DNA of 29,223 nt from a virus, in the UHGV virus genome UHGV-0364466, one strand, 5' to 3'. A program made the translations under genes and the position numbers. This document shows positions 1 to 11,393 of this stretch, one piece after another (the first letter of the stretch is position 1; every line of letters begins with the position of its first letter). Under the pieces are notes generated by a model. It was not told the DNA's origin and ran no database searches. It saw only the letters and a program-made list of their open reading frames with translations.

Positions 1-1427
1 ACATTAATACCAGACAATACATGACCTGACGGGCACTGGAAATTCCATGTTTGCCAGTTGTTCACTCCATAATATTGCTGTGAACCAAGTCGAACATCTT
101 TCACATATCTGGAATCAAAATTGCCATAGTTGCCGGGAATAACTTGCGCACCGCAAAGCCAGTTTCCGTTATTATCCATGTACGCCTGACCATCGGTGCC
201 ATTGGCTGTCCTTGAATTATTAATCATGTAGATGCCAAATTGCTTATTTCCCAGACCGCCAATCATAAATTTTCGGTCGGCATGGTCCTGACGGAGCAAG
301 GCCTGGGCGCTATCAGTGTTAACTATATTTTTCCCAAAGATAGCGTTGTTATCGCGCATCTGAATCCACATACCATTACCGCTGTTAATAGCAAAACGGT
401 TTGCAAATATATCCCCTGTAACATCAAGACCATGCCCCATAGTTATGCGACCAGTTCTAAGATTAAGCGTAAAGGGGCGTAGTGGTCCTATATCGCCATT
501 TTCCCCCTCATTTTCTCGGGTAGGGATGATATGAAGGCATTCTTCAGAACGGCGGAAAATGGCACCAAAAGATGAATTAAATATCCTCAGTGCATTGACT
601 GTCGATATTTTTACTTCACTGCTGAAAAGGGCTTTAACAAGAACATACAAAGCATCCCATTTAAGATTCATCAGGTCTTTTGTTGTGGTGCTTTGTTTGC
701 TTCTCCATTTGAAATATTCATTGCCGTTGTCGCCTGTTTCAAACCACATGTATGAATCAGTGTCGCTGTCGGCATCATTTTTAAACCCAATCTTTGCCCA
801 GTCAGTATTTCGAATCCAGGCAAGAATTGAGTCGTTTTCAAAAGTAAGTCCACCGGACAAGGTATCACCTGTCTTTTGAACAGCGTTACCAGCCTTGTTT
901 ACCGTTTCCTGTAAACCGAGGTTTTGGATAAACAGCGGCTTATTGGGAATATCTGCTCCGTTCCGGTCTTTTGCCAGACGGGCATTGGCATTATCCATCG
1001 CAATTTTCACCGCTTTTGCGGTGGCTGCCAGCGTTTCACTGGGGCTGTCAGTGGCACTGGTTAGCTGAACGAGTCCTTTTTTGTTCAGGCTGGCATCATA
1101 GATATCCAGATTTTCACGTGCTGTACGCTGTGCTGATGCCCCGGCAGTTTTAATTTCGCTGAGGTTATTTTTTATCAGCAGCGCGTTCTTGTTCATGATG
1201 GCTTTAATGGACAGTGCAAGCTGGTTTAATTTTGTTTTATCCGGTTGAATACCGGCTTCTTCCAGCGTGTTTAATAACTCCGCCTGCACAATATTAAACC
1301 AGTCCATGCCGGGCCATGTGATAACATTATTCCCGTCACCTTCTGAAAACCAGCGAACGATAGCACTACGCTGGGCGGATACGGGCGGCATGACGGTTAC
1401 GCCGCTGTCGTTATCAATATAAAACAT
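1..1427 (-). CDS. Tail fibre protein (Mu S-like), N-terminal ~475 codons; continues beyond window start
   Basis: Manual minus-strand translation from ATG at 1427..1425 (overlaps gp48 stop) is open to position 1: MFYIDNDSGVTVMPPVSAQRSAIVRWFSEGDGNN...GDTLSGGLTFENDS...; tail-fibre-like composition. Missing from the ORF track because it has no stop inside the window. Confidence 0.8.
   Translation of the reverse strand, partial: MFYIDNDSGVTVMPPVSAQRSAIVRWFSEGDGNNVITWPGMDWFNIVQAELLNTLEEAGIQPDKTKLNQLALSIKAIMNKNALLIKNNLSEIKTAGASAQRTARENLDIYDASLNKKGLVQLTSATDSPSETLAATAKAVKIAMDNANARLAKDRNGADIPNKPLFIQNLGLQETVNKAGNAVQKTGDTLSGGLTFENDSILAWIRNTDWAKIGFKNDADSDTDSYMWFETGDNGNEYFKWRSKQSTTTKDLMNLKWDALYVLVKALFSSEVKISTVNALRIFNSSFGAIFRRSEECLHIIPTRENEGENGDIGPLRPFTLNLRTGRITMGHGLDVTGDIFANRFAINSGNGMWIQMRDNNAIFGKNIVNTDSAQALLRQDHADRKFMIGGLGNKQFGIYMINNSRTANGTDGQAYMDNNGNWLCGAQVIPGNYGNFDSRYVKDVRLGSQQYYGVNNWQTWNFQCPSGHVLSGIN
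906..931. other. gix-type recombination site (Gin/Hin/Cin invertase crossover site) inside the tail-fibre gene
   Basis: Plus strand reads TTCCTGTAAACCGAGGTTTTGGATAA, which matches the Mu gix site as I recall it, with the AAACC-GA-GGTTT dyad core. It encodes LFIQNLGLQE of the fibre protein. Only one copy is in the window. Confidence 0.6.
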
Positions 1428-1969
1428 TAGTTATCTCCGTCATGGTAAACAAATTTATAAATCTGATGCGCGGGTTTATATTTCTCCAGTAAACATTCCA
1501 GCGCACCCGATTCATAAACACGTAACGGCGTCAGAACATTATCCAGCACCGTTGCGTTGCGATAATTTTTAATACCGTAAATATTGACCTGCGTAACCCA
1601 CTGGCCTTCTGTGGAATCCGTCAGCCTGACGGTAAAACCGTACTGCGCAGCCAGCCATTCATAAAAGCGCCGACTCAGATTGCCGGTCATACGCATTTTA
1701 TTCGCGGCAGCCCGCTGGCGTTCTGACAGGGTGCCGTTTTCGCTTGTACAGTCCGGCAACCCCAGAAATGATTCCCACTCCCCCAGATACCAGCGGGATG
1801 TGGAAGGGAAACGCTCCCGCAGCATTTGCCGCGCATCATCCGCCGCAGTGGCAATCACGTCACTGATGGCCTGCGCCAGCGCAGATAATTTGCTGTCGGG
1901 GCTTTTATTCCAGGCAAGCCCTGACGGCAGTAATTGCAGAAAGGCCGTCTGATAGGGTGTTACAGCCAT
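1427..1969 (-). CDS. Tail/baseplate protein, Mu gp48-like (DUF2313, YmfQ-like)
   Basis: 180 aa, MAVTPYQTAFLQLLPSGLAWNKSPDSKL...; recognised family and position between baseplate J and tail fibre. Confidence 0.8.
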   Translation of the reverse strand: MAVTPYQTAFLQLLPSGLAWNKSPDSKLSALAQAISDVIATAADDARQMLRERFPSTSRWYLGEWESFLGLPDCTSENGTLSERQRAAANKMRMTGNLSRRFYEWLAAQYGFTVRLTDSTEGQWVTQVNIYGIKNYRNATVLDNVLTPLRVYESGALECLLEKYKPAHQIYKFVYHDGDN

Positions 1970-3042
1970 TCAATTGTCCCCGGTGTTAACAGTTCCGTAT
2001 TCTCCGAACGCTGGATCTCTGTCGGGAAACGCACTTCAAAATCATCCAGACCGGTAACACCTGCCACCGCACGGATAATACGGGAGGGGGCAAGTGCGCC
2101 GCCCGGCGTCACCTCATTAAAAAACATGGTATTAATGGCGTGGGTAATAGCCTGTTTCAGTTCGGCTGTCTTCGGTGATATATAAATCCGTGGATTTACC
2201 GGCTTTGCCTTTGGCGCAAATACAGTGACATTTACACCGTCAGGCTGTCCGACAATCAGACCGGTGATCGGGTCAGTATGACCGGCGATATAATCCGCCA
2301 CGCGTTCCACGTCTGCCGGTTGTGGAAAAATATTGCTCCGGTTATCCATAACAAACGTCACCCCGACTGTGCCACCACCTTTCCATGTCGGAAAACACCA
2401 GGCACGGGTAACGCCGCTGACTTCACGTGCCCAGCGAACGTAATCAAACTGATTACCGCCGAACGGAGGATACTGGACACGATATTCCAGCCGTGACAGC
2501 AGCTCAGCTGCACTCTCAATATCAGCCCCACCGGAAAACCCTTTTACAGTGATGGCATCGGAAACAACACAGGCAACCGGGGTGATCAACGTTAAAAGGG
2601 TATTCTCACCGGTATTTCCTGCCTCACCGGCAGCCAGTGCGGTAACGGTAATTTCCGTCGTTCCTGCACGGTCAATCACAATGGCATCAGCCAGGCTGTA
2701 AACCACACCATCAGCACGCTGCCAGCGTGTACCGGCAGGAATGGTGGTCGCTGCCGATGTGGTGACAGTCAGCGGGCCGCTGGCGGCTGTCGCCTGTTTG
2801 CGGCGCACCCCCCAGAACCGGCAGTGCTCCAGCAACTCATCTTCATCTGCTGTCGACGGGATAATCTGCCGTCCAACCCATGAAATATGCTCGTGACAAC
2901 CGGCAGCAAGGCCCGCCTGAGCATAAGCAATGGCACTCAGCGTTTTTTCACGGGCCTGAGGCCAGCTACCCGGCAGGCGCTGTTCAATATTCTGTTCTGT
3001 ACGGGCAATCAGCGATGATAATGTCGGTGGTGAATAAGCCAT
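1960..3042 (-). CDS. Baseplate J-like protein (Mu gp47)
   Basis: 360 aa; baseplate J family by sequence character and synteny; overlaps neighbours by a few nt. Confidence 0.85.
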   Translation of the reverse strand: MAYSPPTLSSLIARTEQNIEQRLPGSWPQAREKTLSAIAYAQAGLAAGCHEHISWVGRQIIPSTADEDELLEHCRFWGVRRKQATAASGPLTVTTSAATTIPAGTRWQRADGVVYSLADAIVIDRAGTTEITVTALAAGEAGNTGENTLLTLITPVACVVSDAITVKGFSGGADIESAAELLSRLEYRVQYPPFGGNQFDYVRWAREVSGVTRAWCFPTWKGGGTVGVTFVMDNRSNIFPQPADVERVADYIAGHTDPITGLIVGQPDGVNVTVFAPKAKPVNPRIYISPKTAELKQAITHAINTMFFNEVTPGGALAPSRIIRAVAGVTGLDDFEVRFPTEIQRSENTELLTPGTIEWL

Positions 3043-3480
3043 TTAAACCCCGTTAAATGCTGCTTTAAACTCATAAGGAATAACGGAACCATCCGGTAAT
3101 GTCAGTGCAATGTAGAGGTATAACCAGCCCTGATGTAACTGTTCCGCCCTGACGTTAATCGCACTTACCCGGCCCGCTGTTTTCAGCCATTCCAGCGACT
3201 CTTCGGCATACCCTCTGGCGCGTTCCAGCGTATCCGGTGTGGCTTTTTCACGTGATAACAGCCACAACCGCGAACCGATGGGGCGGTCGCGGTAACTGTC
3301 ACCCCACCATCCACGGCGATCATCTGAACCATCCGGCAGCGTGTCAGAATCCAGCGCGCGCCGGTCGGTAAACAGGGAGATTGTCACATCGGTTGTCAGG
3401 CTGTCGTCGGTCAGCATATCAATGCCATCCTGTGCAATATCGCCGCGTCCGTTCGTCCAGATAATGGCTAAATCGGTCAT
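3043..3480 (-). CDS. Baseplate protein, Mu gp46-like (GP46 / gp25-W-like)
   Basis: 145 aa, MTDLAIIWTNGRGDIAQDGIDMLTDDSLTTDV...; size and position typical. Confidence 0.8.
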   Translation of the reverse strand: MTDLAIIWTNGRGDIAQDGIDMLTDDSLTTDVTISLFTDRRALDSDTLPDGSDDRRGWWGDSYRDRPIGSRLWLLSREKATPDTLERARGYAEESLEWLKTAGRVSAINVRAEQLHQGWLYLYIALTLPDGSVIPYEFKAAFNGV

Positions 3481-4070
3481 TGCATTGGCCCCGTGGTTCC
3501 GCCGCTGTCGCCACGGTGGATATGCTTATCCGTCGATTTGCCATTGATGATGGCATCCGGGGCAGTAATATTGCTGTCGAACTGGCTTTTACCTTTAACG
3601 CCCAGACCTTTCTGGATCTCAACGTCGCCGGTAAACGTGGTTCTGGGTGTGTCAACGGTCATACTTTCATCAGCGTAAACCTCAACCGTTTTACAGGTAA
3701 TGATGCAGCGTCCGTCCTTTGTCAGCCTGATACGATGCCCCTCGTGGTGGTAAATGCCTGCATCACCCGGTTCAAGATTTGTCGGGCGGTAGCGGCGGTC
3801 TTCCACCACAACAGCAATCCCCTGATCACGTTGTGCGCCCACACAGGCAATCAGCGCCTCTGCGCCCGGCAGGGGAACGCTGAAATGCCCGTAATTTTGC
3901 AGGCGCTCCACTTCATCAGATTCCTCATCATCCAGCAGACCGACCTGCAGGTTCTGAACCTTTCGTCCGTCGTGAATCACGTTAACAACGGCGCGGGCCA
4001 CCATCAGCCGTACACGACGCATCAGCGGCATCAGCAGGCGGTTCAGGGCGGAATCATTTACTCTTTCCAT
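3477..4070 (-). CDS. Baseplate assembly protein V / spike (Mu gp45)
   Basis: 197 aa with gpV-like N-terminus (MRRVRLMVARAVVNVIHDGRKVQNLQV...) and Gly-rich C-terminus. Confidence 0.8.
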   Translation of the reverse strand: MERVNDSALNRLLMPLMRRVRLMVARAVVNVIHDGRKVQNLQVGLLDDEESDEVERLQNYGHFSVPLPGAEALIACVGAQRDQGIAVVVEDRRYRPTNLEPGDAGIYHHEGHRIRLTKDGRCIITCKTVEVYADESMTVDTPRTTFTGDVEIQKGLGVKGKSQFDSNITAPDAIINGKSTDKHIHRGDSGGTTGPMQ

Positions 4071-5191
4071 GGTGGTGTTTTCTCCGGGTGTCTGCGGAAA
4101 TAAGCCTCAACCAGATCATCAACGCCATCATTACCATCCCCTCTGGATTTGCGATCGCTTTCAACCGGCACCAGAAAGCCTTCGCGTGGTGCAAGGCTGA
4201 CGCGGGTTTTCAGCCCGTCCTGGTCATTCAGTATCAGGGTGACTTTGCTGACCAGTAATTCCGTGGTTTTGATGGCATATTTCGAGTCATCAATAGTGAC
4301 CAGCAGGTTCGGCATCCAGAGTTGCCCGTCCTTGCGAGTCCATCCGTCAATTTCTGCCTCAAAGGTGATGGATTTTGCCAGTCTGCGGCGTTGCTCACGC
4401 AGGGCGCGGGCCTGTGCATCCTTCGCAGTAATCTTGCTGTCAGCAATGATGATCATCGGTCTGTAACGGGTCACATCACTGTCAGTGGCGGTCCCTTTCC
4501 GGGAGACGATACTTTTCGCATCAATATCATCACCCTCAGCACCATTTGCGCGGGCATACCCCTTGACGGTGTATTCGCTGAACCGGTCGCGGAAGTCTTC
4601 CTCAAAATCCAGTGTCAGCAGATTTTCTCCGAGAACCAGCTCATCAGTGGCTGTGCTGGCAGCCCGGCTGAATACCAGCTCTCCGGCGGCATTGCTGGTC
4701 ATCAGTACACCGCGTGCGCGGGAGGCACGCACCAGCGCCTCATAAACGGTTTCTGAATGGTCCAGCGTGAAGCCGGGAAAAGCTGCCGAACTTTCCTTAT
4801 CGGAAAGCTCCCAGCGAACGGTAACGCCATAAGGGGCGCTCAGGTCACGCGCAATCTGCTCCAGTGTGCGGTTTTTCCACTGTCCGCCACTGTAAACGGC
4901 AGCACAGTCAATCAGGTCAGCCGTTTTGTCACGTCCGGCGATAGTGATTTTCATGCTGTCAGCGGTCATCTGGCGTCGCCGCGAATCGATATAACCGGTG
5001 CAGACAATCTGCCCGTCGATTTCCAGCGTGAACGCCTTCCCCGGTGCCAGCCCGGATAAATCTGTACCCGGTGGCACATTCACCCCCAGCTCAAAATATC
5101 CGGCTACGGATTCAATCGAGCGGGTGACAGAGACTGACGTCCAGCCGGTAAAAAGCCTGCCATCCGTTCGCAGCGTGACGGTATTACTCAT
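4058..5191 (-). CDS. Tail protein P (Mu gp44, P2 gpD-like baseplate hub)
   Basis: 377 aa, [35 protein letters not shown]...; position between N and gp45. Confidence 0.8.
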   Translation of the reverse strand: MSNTVTLRTDGRLFTGWTSVSVTRSIESVAGYFELGVNVPPGTDLSGLAPGKAFTLEIDGQIVCTGYIDSRRRQMTADSMKITIAGRDKTADLIDCAAVYSGGQWKNRTLEQIARDLSAPYGVTVRWELSDKESSAAFPGFTLDHSETVYEALVRASRARGVLMTSNAAGELVFSRAASTATDELVLGENLLTLDFEEDFRDRFSEYTVKGYARANGAEGDDIDAKSIVSRKGTATDSDVTRYRPMIIIADSKITAKDAQARALREQRRRLAKSITFEAEIDGWTRKDGQLWMPNLLVTIDDSKYAIKTTELLVSKVTLILNDQDGLKTRVSLAPREGFLVPVESDRKSRGDGNDGVDDLVEAYFRRHPEKTPPWKE

Positions 5192-6671
5192 TAATCACCT
5201 CAATACTGACACCACCGGGAACAAACAACGGGTTGCTGATACCGTTCCTGCGGGCCAGCCGTTGCCAGTTCCGGCTGTTTCCTGTGTAACGGTACAGGGC
5301 CACCATTGCAGGCATCGTCTCCGGCAGGCGGTGCGTTTCACTGCCCGCCAGTTGCAGCCCGCGTTTTTCCAGGTCGGCAACAACCAGCAGACGCAGTTGC
5401 GTAAGCTGAACGCTGTCTGTCGAAAAGCCCTGCTCAGATGCCGTCAGAATGACGGTATCCAGTGCAGCCCCCAGCATGGCGGCTGTTTTTCCGATATCGG
5501 ACACACTTTCAAATACCGGGGGCGTGGCTGTACCACTGTCTGAAAAGGATACCTGTGAAAAGCCGCCGTCCGGGGTTATGGCAGTTAACTGTAACTGTCC
5601 CTGTGTGACAGTAGCAGATGTGCTGCTGGCCCCGCTGGCTGTGCCGGTTGTGGTGGACGGGGCATCCAGTACAGGTGCACGGGCGGCATTATCCATCCGG
5701 CGACTGAAATCCAGTGCCGCAGTCAGTGCCTGGCTTGCTGCCTCCGCCCGGTATGTCTGTGCTGCTGCCAGCATGACGTAGTTCAGTGTGGCAATATTTT
5801 TTTCTGCAACCGGACTGTTGTACGAGGTTGTGATTGTCCCCTGTCTGCCTGCGGTGGCGGCATGGCGACGTTCGAATCGCTGCGCCAGACGGTTCCATGT
5901 GGAAAATGCTGTCCGGGTATCGCATAACGATGAAACGCCGGACAGCGCCCCCATCAGCGAGGAGGCCAGCATGGCAGGCTGGTTAATCAGGCTGGTCACA
6001 GAGCCTTTCATCGCAGAAAGCGATCCCATCAGACCGCTGACAGTCTGCGTAACCCCCAGATTGTCCACCGCATCACTGATATCATCGATGACACCGGTTA
6101 CAGCTTCCATCACGGCGGTTGCCGCCGCAGTGCCATCTTTTACGGTTTGCCAGACAGAGGACAGCGTATCTCCCAGAGAACCGGTTACAGCAACGGCCTG
6201 TGCCGGTACGGCTGCACTGGTGTCTGTCTCTGCGTCCGGGGCAGTATCCTGCAACGACGGATAAACGGTAACGGTGAACGCGTAATAATTCAGTTCATCC
6301 GCTTTAGTGCGGCATTCCCATGAATCCACCATGACGTCCACAGTGCCGAAATCAGGATGTACCAGCTCACCGCTACCCGGAGCATCAAGAGCATCCATCA
6401 GCGCACCCGCTTCATCTCTGGCTGTTTCTGCGTTGCTGTTCAGAATGCAGGCGCTGAATGTACGGGAGCGAAGCTTTTTCCCCAGGTCATTGACGCCGCC
6501 GGTATCACGTAACGGGTACTCGCGTTTAACCAGGCGACGTCCGCCAGCCTGTTTTTGCTCCTCGATGACGAGAAACGGCACGTTACGGAACGTGCCTTTG
6601 CCGGTTGTTTTCTTACCACCGCTGATTTTATCCCGGACAGCATTAACGGCATTTAAAGCATCTTCAAACAT
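5184..6671 (-). CDS. DNA circularisation protein N (Mu gp43)
   Basis: 495 aa, N-terminus [41 protein letters not shown] typical of Mu N; follows tape measure. Confidence 0.8.
   Translation of the reverse strand: MFEDALNAVNAVRDKISGGKKTTGKGTFRNVPFLVIEEQKQAGGRRLVKREYPLRDTGGVNDLGKKLRSRTFSACILNSNAETARDEAGALMDALDAPGSGELVHPDFGTVDVMVDSWECRTKADELNYYAFTVTVYPSLQDTAPDAETDTSAAVPAQAVAVTGSLGDTLSSVWQTVKDGTAAATAVMEAVTGVIDDISDAVDNLGVTQTVSGLMGSLSAMKGSVTSLINQPAMLASSLMGALSGVSSLCDTRTAFSTWNRLAQRFERRHAATAGRQGTITTSYNSPVAEKNIATLNYVMLAAAQTYRAEAASQALTAALDFSRRMDNAARAPVLDAPSTTTGTASGASSTSATVTQGQLQLTAITPDGGFSQVSFSDSGTATPPVFESVSDIGKTAAMLGAALDTVILTASEQGFSTDSVQLTQLRLLVVADLEKRGLQLAGSETHRLPETMPAMVALYRYTGNSRNWQRLARRNGISNPLFVPGGVSIEVINE
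5546..5580 (-). promoter_or_regulatory. Candidate C-dependent late promoter (P_P-like) inside the N gene
   Basis: Minus strand CATAACCCC (plus 5572..5580), then exactly 20 nt, then -10-like TATCCT (plus 5546..5551). Same architecture as the elements upstream of lys and I, but about 360 nt upstream of the P start. Confidence 0.3.
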
Positions 6672-6675
6672 GGTT

Positions 6676-8748
6676 TTACCAGCCTGTAATGTAGTTATCG
6701 CCCGCGTAAATATTCAGCCCCATACCATCCTCGGTGACACGGGAACTGGCCAGACGTAACCCCTCGCCAAGTTCGACGCGCAGCGAGGCTTCCGCATTCA
6801 CTTTTTGTTCCTGCGGCTCCTTATCCGGGGCCGTCCATTTCTGATACAGGTCGGTTACAAAACCGCCCAGATACTCCCCGGCGACACTGCCCAGCGTGGC
6901 ACCGGCAACCGTACCCAGCGGTCCGGCAAGGCTGCCAACGGCACCGCCGAGCCATGCACCGGCTGTACTGCCAATTGCGCCTGCTTTTTCATGGGTTGAC
7001 GCCTGCTCATCCATCAGGACGGGGGCAAGCTGGAGTGCCCCCATTACCGGGCCACCCAGGCGTGACAACGCACGACCGGCACCTTTCCCCATCCAGCCCA
7101 GCGCCCCGGCACCTTTTGTCACAACCCGACCGATCGCACTGCCTGCAAGTTTGTTTCCGATACCGGAAAACCACCCGCCAACAGCACGCCCGGCATCAGC
7201 CAGCTTTCTGACCGTTCCCGTAACCAGTTGCCCGGCAGCACTGCCTGCAAGCCTGCTCAGAAGACCGGATTTACCGGCTAAAGGTAATGGTGCAGGCCGT
7301 GCCGTTACCGGTACGCCGGGTGGGGGTAATGCCAGTACAGGGCGTGGTGCAGGTAATGCCAGCGGCTGTGGCCCGGACAGCAATAACGGCTGGCGGGGTA
7401 ACAGCGGGGCCATTCTTCCGCCGCTCCGTACGCGACGACCGCCGCCACTCCCGTAGCCACCAAATCCACGGGGCCAGTTGATGACAAACACACGCTGAAT
7501 GCCGATACCCTGCAACAGCGTCTCAGACGTCATGGCATCCGGGACCGGCAGACCTGCCTGCCCACGTTTGCGGTTTCGCATCCAGCGCCACATACGACGC
7601 CCGGTTTTAAACGGATAACTGGCAACCTGCCATGAGGGTTTTGCCACGGCCCAGCCTGCTCTCAGGGCTTTATTGGCAAGCCAGACAGACACCAGAACAG
7701 CAGCCAGTTTTTTCAGGCTGACAATATTCTGGTCAACCCATGCCAGCGCATCTTTACCCGGTTTCAGCCAGCGCCATAACTCCTGCGCCGCGATTTTTAC
7801 CGTTCTGAACGTGGTCAGAAATTTCTGACCAATGTTTTCTGCCAGTGCGTCAAGTTCCCCGGATTTATCCGCCATGTCGTGCCAGTTAAGCACCCGGCGC
7901 ATCTCGTTCTTGATTTCTTCAAAGGGGCCGCTGTTTGCCACCTTCGTGCGAAACTCAAGCAGGTTGCCCTCCATCTGGGCCATCATCCCGTCCCAGGAGT
8001 TCATGGCAGCCGCCTGTGCGCCTTTTGACTGCTCCAGCAGGGTCCGGAATACCGTCAGAATGGATTTCAGGCCCAGCTTGCCTTTTTCACCCAGCTTACG
8101 GATTTTTTTCTCATCCTCACCCGTTGCATCTGCCAGCACCTTGTAAACGTTGATACCGTAGCCGGTCAGCAGGTTGGCGTCCGCCGCCGTGATTTGCTGG
8201 CGGGCAAACATCTGTTTGAACTGTAACGATGCACCCTGTGCAGTGGGTAAATCCCAGCCATGCATCGCGCCCTGATTCTGTAGCATGGTGATGAACTGTT
8301 TTACCTGGGCATCAGTCATGCCAAACGCAGTTGATGTGCGGATCTCCTGCAGAACACCACCCAGCCCCCAGGTGGTTTCTTTTGCGTTCTGCTTCGCCCA
8401 CGCCATCATGGCCTGTGCTCTGGCCTTATCGCCGTGATAGAGCGAGTTCATGGCGATAATCTGCTGCTCACGCTGAGCGGCTGCACCAATAAACAGTTTA
8501 TTGGCGGTGTAACCCACGCCAGCGATACCCAGCGCCCCGGCTGACAGCATTCGGAATGTACGGGTTGACAGTGAACCCATTCTGTCAATGGCACCAGAAA
8601 CGCGCACAACCTCCATACGCAGGGCACGAAGGGAACTTTGCCCGCTACGGGACAGGACGTTTATCTGGTTCGAATACTGGCGGGAACGCCGGGAAAGATT
8701 GCCATTAAGATCAATAATGACAGACGCCTTTAAGCGTTTCCCGGTCAT
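6676..8748 (-). CDS. Tail tape measure protein (Mu gp42)
   Basis: 690 aa; Gly/Ala-rich repeats and a Pro-rich low-complexity segment; sits between chaperone and N; AGGAAA SD 6 nt before the ATG. Confidence 0.85.
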   Translation of the reverse strand: MTGKRLKASVIIDLNGNLSRRSRQYSNQINVLSRSGQSSLRALRMEVVRVSGAIDRMGSLSTRTFRMLSAGALGIAGVGYTANKLFIGAAAQREQQIIAMNSLYHGDKARAQAMMAWAKQNAKETTWGLGGVLQEIRTSTAFGMTDAQVKQFITMLQNQGAMHGWDLPTAQGASLQFKQMFARQQITAADANLLTGYGINVYKVLADATGEDEKKIRKLGEKGKLGLKSILTVFRTLLEQSKGAQAAAMNSWDGMMAQMEGNLLEFRTKVANSGPFEEIKNEMRRVLNWHDMADKSGELDALAENIGQKFLTTFRTVKIAAQELWRWLKPGKDALAWVDQNIVSLKKLAAVLVSVWLANKALRAGWAVAKPSWQVASYPFKTGRRMWRWMRNRKRGQAGLPVPDAMTSETLLQGIGIQRVFVINWPRGFGGYGSGGGRRVRSGGRMAPLLPRQPLLLSGPQPLALPAPRPVLALPPPGVPVTARPAPLPLAGKSGLLSRLAGSAAGQLVTGTVRKLADAGRAVGGWFSGIGNKLAGSAIGRVVTKGAGALGWMGKGAGRALSRLGGPVMGALQLAPVLMDEQASTHEKAGAIGSTAGAWLGGAVGSLAGPLGTVAGATLGSVAGEYLGGFVTDLYQKWTAPDKEPQEQKVNAEASLRVELGEGLRLASSRVTEDGMGLNIYAGDNYITGW

Positions 8749-8892
8749 AGAGATTTCCTGATTTAACGGTGATATTGAGAGAGGGTTTTAGCCTGCTGGC
8801 AGTGCCGGAAAAAGCGGGACAGCGGGAGAGACAAGGCCCATTCCGGGCCACTTTTCAGAATAACGCCAATCGCTGTCGCCGCTTTCTCAATA

Positions 8893-9327
8893 TCATTCCG
8901 GCACCGCAGCCACTCGCCCCCGTTCTTGTGTCAGCGATGCCGCCACAGCCATGTCGTACATTTCTGTGGCCAGCGACAGACGCTGGAAGTCATCGACAGA
9001 CAGTTTACGAATCAGCGCCATCGACAACGGGCCTTTGATGCAGCCCACGCTGGCAATCTGTCGGCGCAGCATTTCCAGTCCCATCCGGGACGGGGAACTG
9101 ACCAGCACCGGACCTTCCTTGCTCATTACCAGCTTTTCAGCAGCCGCCTGGGCATCAATCAGATCGCCTGCGGTCAGTTCACGCAGCGTCACGTCATACT
9201 GCATTTCAGTCTCGTCACCGGTGCCGAACGGCAGGCCGTCTTTCAGTTTCAGCACGCCGGACTGAATTTCTGCCACAATGCTGTCATGCAGTTCCTGTGC
9301 TTCAGGACCTAAATTCATTTCGTCCAT
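8893..9327 (-). CDS. Tail assembly chaperone (Mu gp41-like)
   Basis: 144 aa acidic protein between tail tube and tape measure; ATG start verified. A 144-nt gap separates it from the tape measure (see frameshift finding). Confidence 0.6.
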   Translation of the reverse strand: MDEMNLGPEAQELHDSIVAEIQSGVLKLKDGLPFGTGDETEMQYDVTLRELTAGDLIDAQAAAEKLVMSKEGPVLVSSPSRMGLEMLRRQIASVGCIKGPLSMALIRKLSVDDFQRLSLATEMYDMAVAASLTQERGRVAAVPE

Positions 9328-9336
9328 TGTTTCCCC

Positions 9337-9693
9337 TTATGCAATGCGTTTGCTTTGTTTTGCCATCAGTACCAGCGAAATTTCGCCGCCGTCGTTTTTC
9401 GGTTCATCTGCCTGCCAGGCATTCGCCATCATCCAGGTTTCACCGGTGTCTGCCTGAAACTCTGCCGTGATGTTTTCCCAGCCGATGATTTCATCCAGAC
9501 CGATATCACCACCGCCCGGAATTTTGCATTCCAGCTTTGCGGCACGTGGTTTACCTTTCCAGCCATAAACCCGCGAGCCGGTCACTTCTTCACGGGTGAT
9601 GCCGGAAGGCGTGAAGGAGGCCCCTTCCATCGTTTCAAGCTCTATGCCATTGACACGGATGAACGCCACCCCCTGACGCTGATTTCCAGCCAT
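9337..9693 (-). CDS. Tail tube protein (Mu gp40 / M)
   Basis: 118 aa, directly downstream of sheath; ATG start verified. Confidence 0.8.
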   Translation of the reverse strand: MAGNQRQGVAFIRVNGIELETMEGASFTPSGITREEVTGSRVYGWKGKPRAAKLECKIPGGGDIGLDEIIGWENITAEFQADTGETWMMANAWQADEPKNDGGEISLVLMAKQSKRIA

Positions 9694-9702
9694 AAATGCT
9701 CC

Positions 9703-11190
9703 TTACAGAATGAACTGAACTTGTGCCGCGAAAATGCGGAACTGGTTAATCAGATTCGGGCCGCACAGCACATCAAGACGGTCTTTGTCGTCCTTGTTAC
9801 GTGCCACATACAGCTCCTCTTTGAACGTGTCGAAATCCTCGACCAGTCCGGCGTTTTCCCATTCTTCAAACAGTGCCAGCAGCTCCGTTTTGATCACGGA
9901 TGGCGTCACCACGGCCTGACCGGTGGCAAAGCGGGTGCCATCACTTGCCAGCTTGTAGTTCGGGAATTTCTGCGTGATGCGGGTTCGCAGCGAATAACGC
10001 AGATAACTCAGCGTGGCGATGGTATTCACGTTCAGATAAGACGGATCACTGTCACCGTACTTGTTTGTGCGGTACATCGTGATCATGCGTTCAATCTGCA
10101 TTTCACCACCATCATTCACGTTAAACGTGGAGATGCCGTCAAACAGCAGCGCATTACGTTCTGACCAGGTGAAACGATCCCCCACCGCAGGCGGCATTCT
10201 TCCGGGCAACGTCAGCGTCTGGAGAGGACGCGCCGGGTCGATGGAAAGCGCCTGGCTGGCAACGGCACACAGTGTGGCGGCGTACAGGTATGACGGTTCC
10301 GGTGCACCGGCAATCCCCATACAGGAGATCAGATGGTCATTACGACTGACACCAAACGTGGAAATATCCCCATACGTGCCGGACAGCACTGTCACGGCAA
10401 AACCATCAGCCTGATTGACCGGTCCCCAGCGTTCCTGCAATTCAGTGCGTAACAGATTCAGGTTCGGTTCATCGGTATAGGGCATCACAATATATTTGTA
10501 TTGCAGATCGCCCATTCCCGCGATACTTGCGCTGATATCCGGGTTGCCATTTTTCCCAGAGGCGGCTTTGAATGCCGTGATAATCCCGTAAGGGGTGGTT
10601 TCACCCGCGTAATAGTTCCAGCGCACGTCCACGGCAGATAATGCACCCGTAAATTTTGCACTCAGAACCACATCAGCATGAGTGTCATCATCTCCGCTGT
10701 CTGCGCGAACTTCTGCCGTCACCGGTAAATCCGGCTGGCCTTTGATTCGGGCAACCAGCAGGTCAGCCAGCGCCGCTCCCGTTGCACCTGCTGCGACAGA
10801 TACCGCCAGTCGCTGACCGGCAATGTAAGTCACAAGCGAGCCGTTTTCGCCTGCCGTTCCTGACAGTGAAATTTCACCGACAGCAACATTACCGGTGCCG
10901 TTCCCCTGCGGAATACACCACAGCTCCGCCACGCGGTTAGCGTTCAGGAATGCATCTGCCATCAGTGCCAGCATGGAACCCTGACCAAACGCCGCACTGG
11001 CCTGTGAGCCGGAACGGATACGGACAGGCACGTTTGGTGCCGCACTGGCTTTACTTCCGCTTTGCCCGAACATCAGCACACGCTGACGGGGTGCCGGTGT
11101 TCCGCTGACGGCATTACTGTTATCAAATTCGATATACGTCAGAGGAACGCGAACATCTGACGGGATCGCGTTAAATGAAATATCGCTCAT
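9703..11190 (-). CDS. Contractile tail sheath protein (Mu gp39 / L)
   Basis: 495 aa, [34 protein letters not shown]...; sheath family character; ATG start verified. Confidence 0.9.
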   Translation of the reverse strand: MSDISFNAIPSDVRVPLTYIEFDNSNAVSGTPAPRQRVLMFGQSGSKASAAPNVPVRIRSGSQASAAFGQGSMLALMADAFLNANRVAELWCIPQGNGTGNVAVGEISLSGTAGENGSLVTYIAGQRLAVSVAAGATGAALADLLVARIKGQPDLPVTAEVRADSGDDDTHADVVLSAKFTGALSAVDVRWNYYAGETTPYGIITAFKAASGKNGNPDISASIAGMGDLQYKYIVMPYTDEPNLNLLRTELQERWGPVNQADGFAVTVLSGTYGDISTFGVSRNDHLISCMGIAGAPEPSYLYAATLCAVASQALSIDPARPLQTLTLPGRMPPAVGDRFTWSERNALLFDGISTFNVNDGGEMQIERMITMYRTNKYGDSDPSYLNVNTIATLSYLRYSLRTRITQKFPNYKLASDGTRFATGQAVVTPSVIKTELLALFEEWENAGLVEDFDTFKEELYVARNKDDKDRLDVLCGPNLINQFRIFAAQVQFIL

Positions 11191-11393
11191 TTCGATTTAC
11201 TCCGTTTTTTCGGCGCAGCGTCGGTATCATCCGCCGTGTTTTCGGTGCTCCCGACTTCAACCACATCACCGGCTGCAAGGCGACGTATCCAGAAACTGTT
11301 ACGGGGCTTTTCTTCTCCCTCAGACGCCAGTAATTTCATCGTGAGCGGGTCACGGATGGCTTTTCCCGCTGCGGGTTTAATTTTCAGCATCAT
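11187..11393 (-). CDS. Mu gp38-like small protein (DUF2635)
   Basis: 68 aa; tandem ATG start; upstream of sheath as in Mu. Confidence 0.6.
   Translation of the reverse strand: MMLKIKPAAGKAIRDPLTMKLLASEGEEKPRNSFWIRRLAAGDVVEVGSTENTADDTDAAPKKRSKSK

Noticed and set aside
6896-7456. Pro/Ala-rich plus-strand ORFs inside the tape measure gene
   Set aside because: They are the antisense reading of the Gly/Ala/Pro-rich low-complexity part of the tape measure protein, not independent genes.
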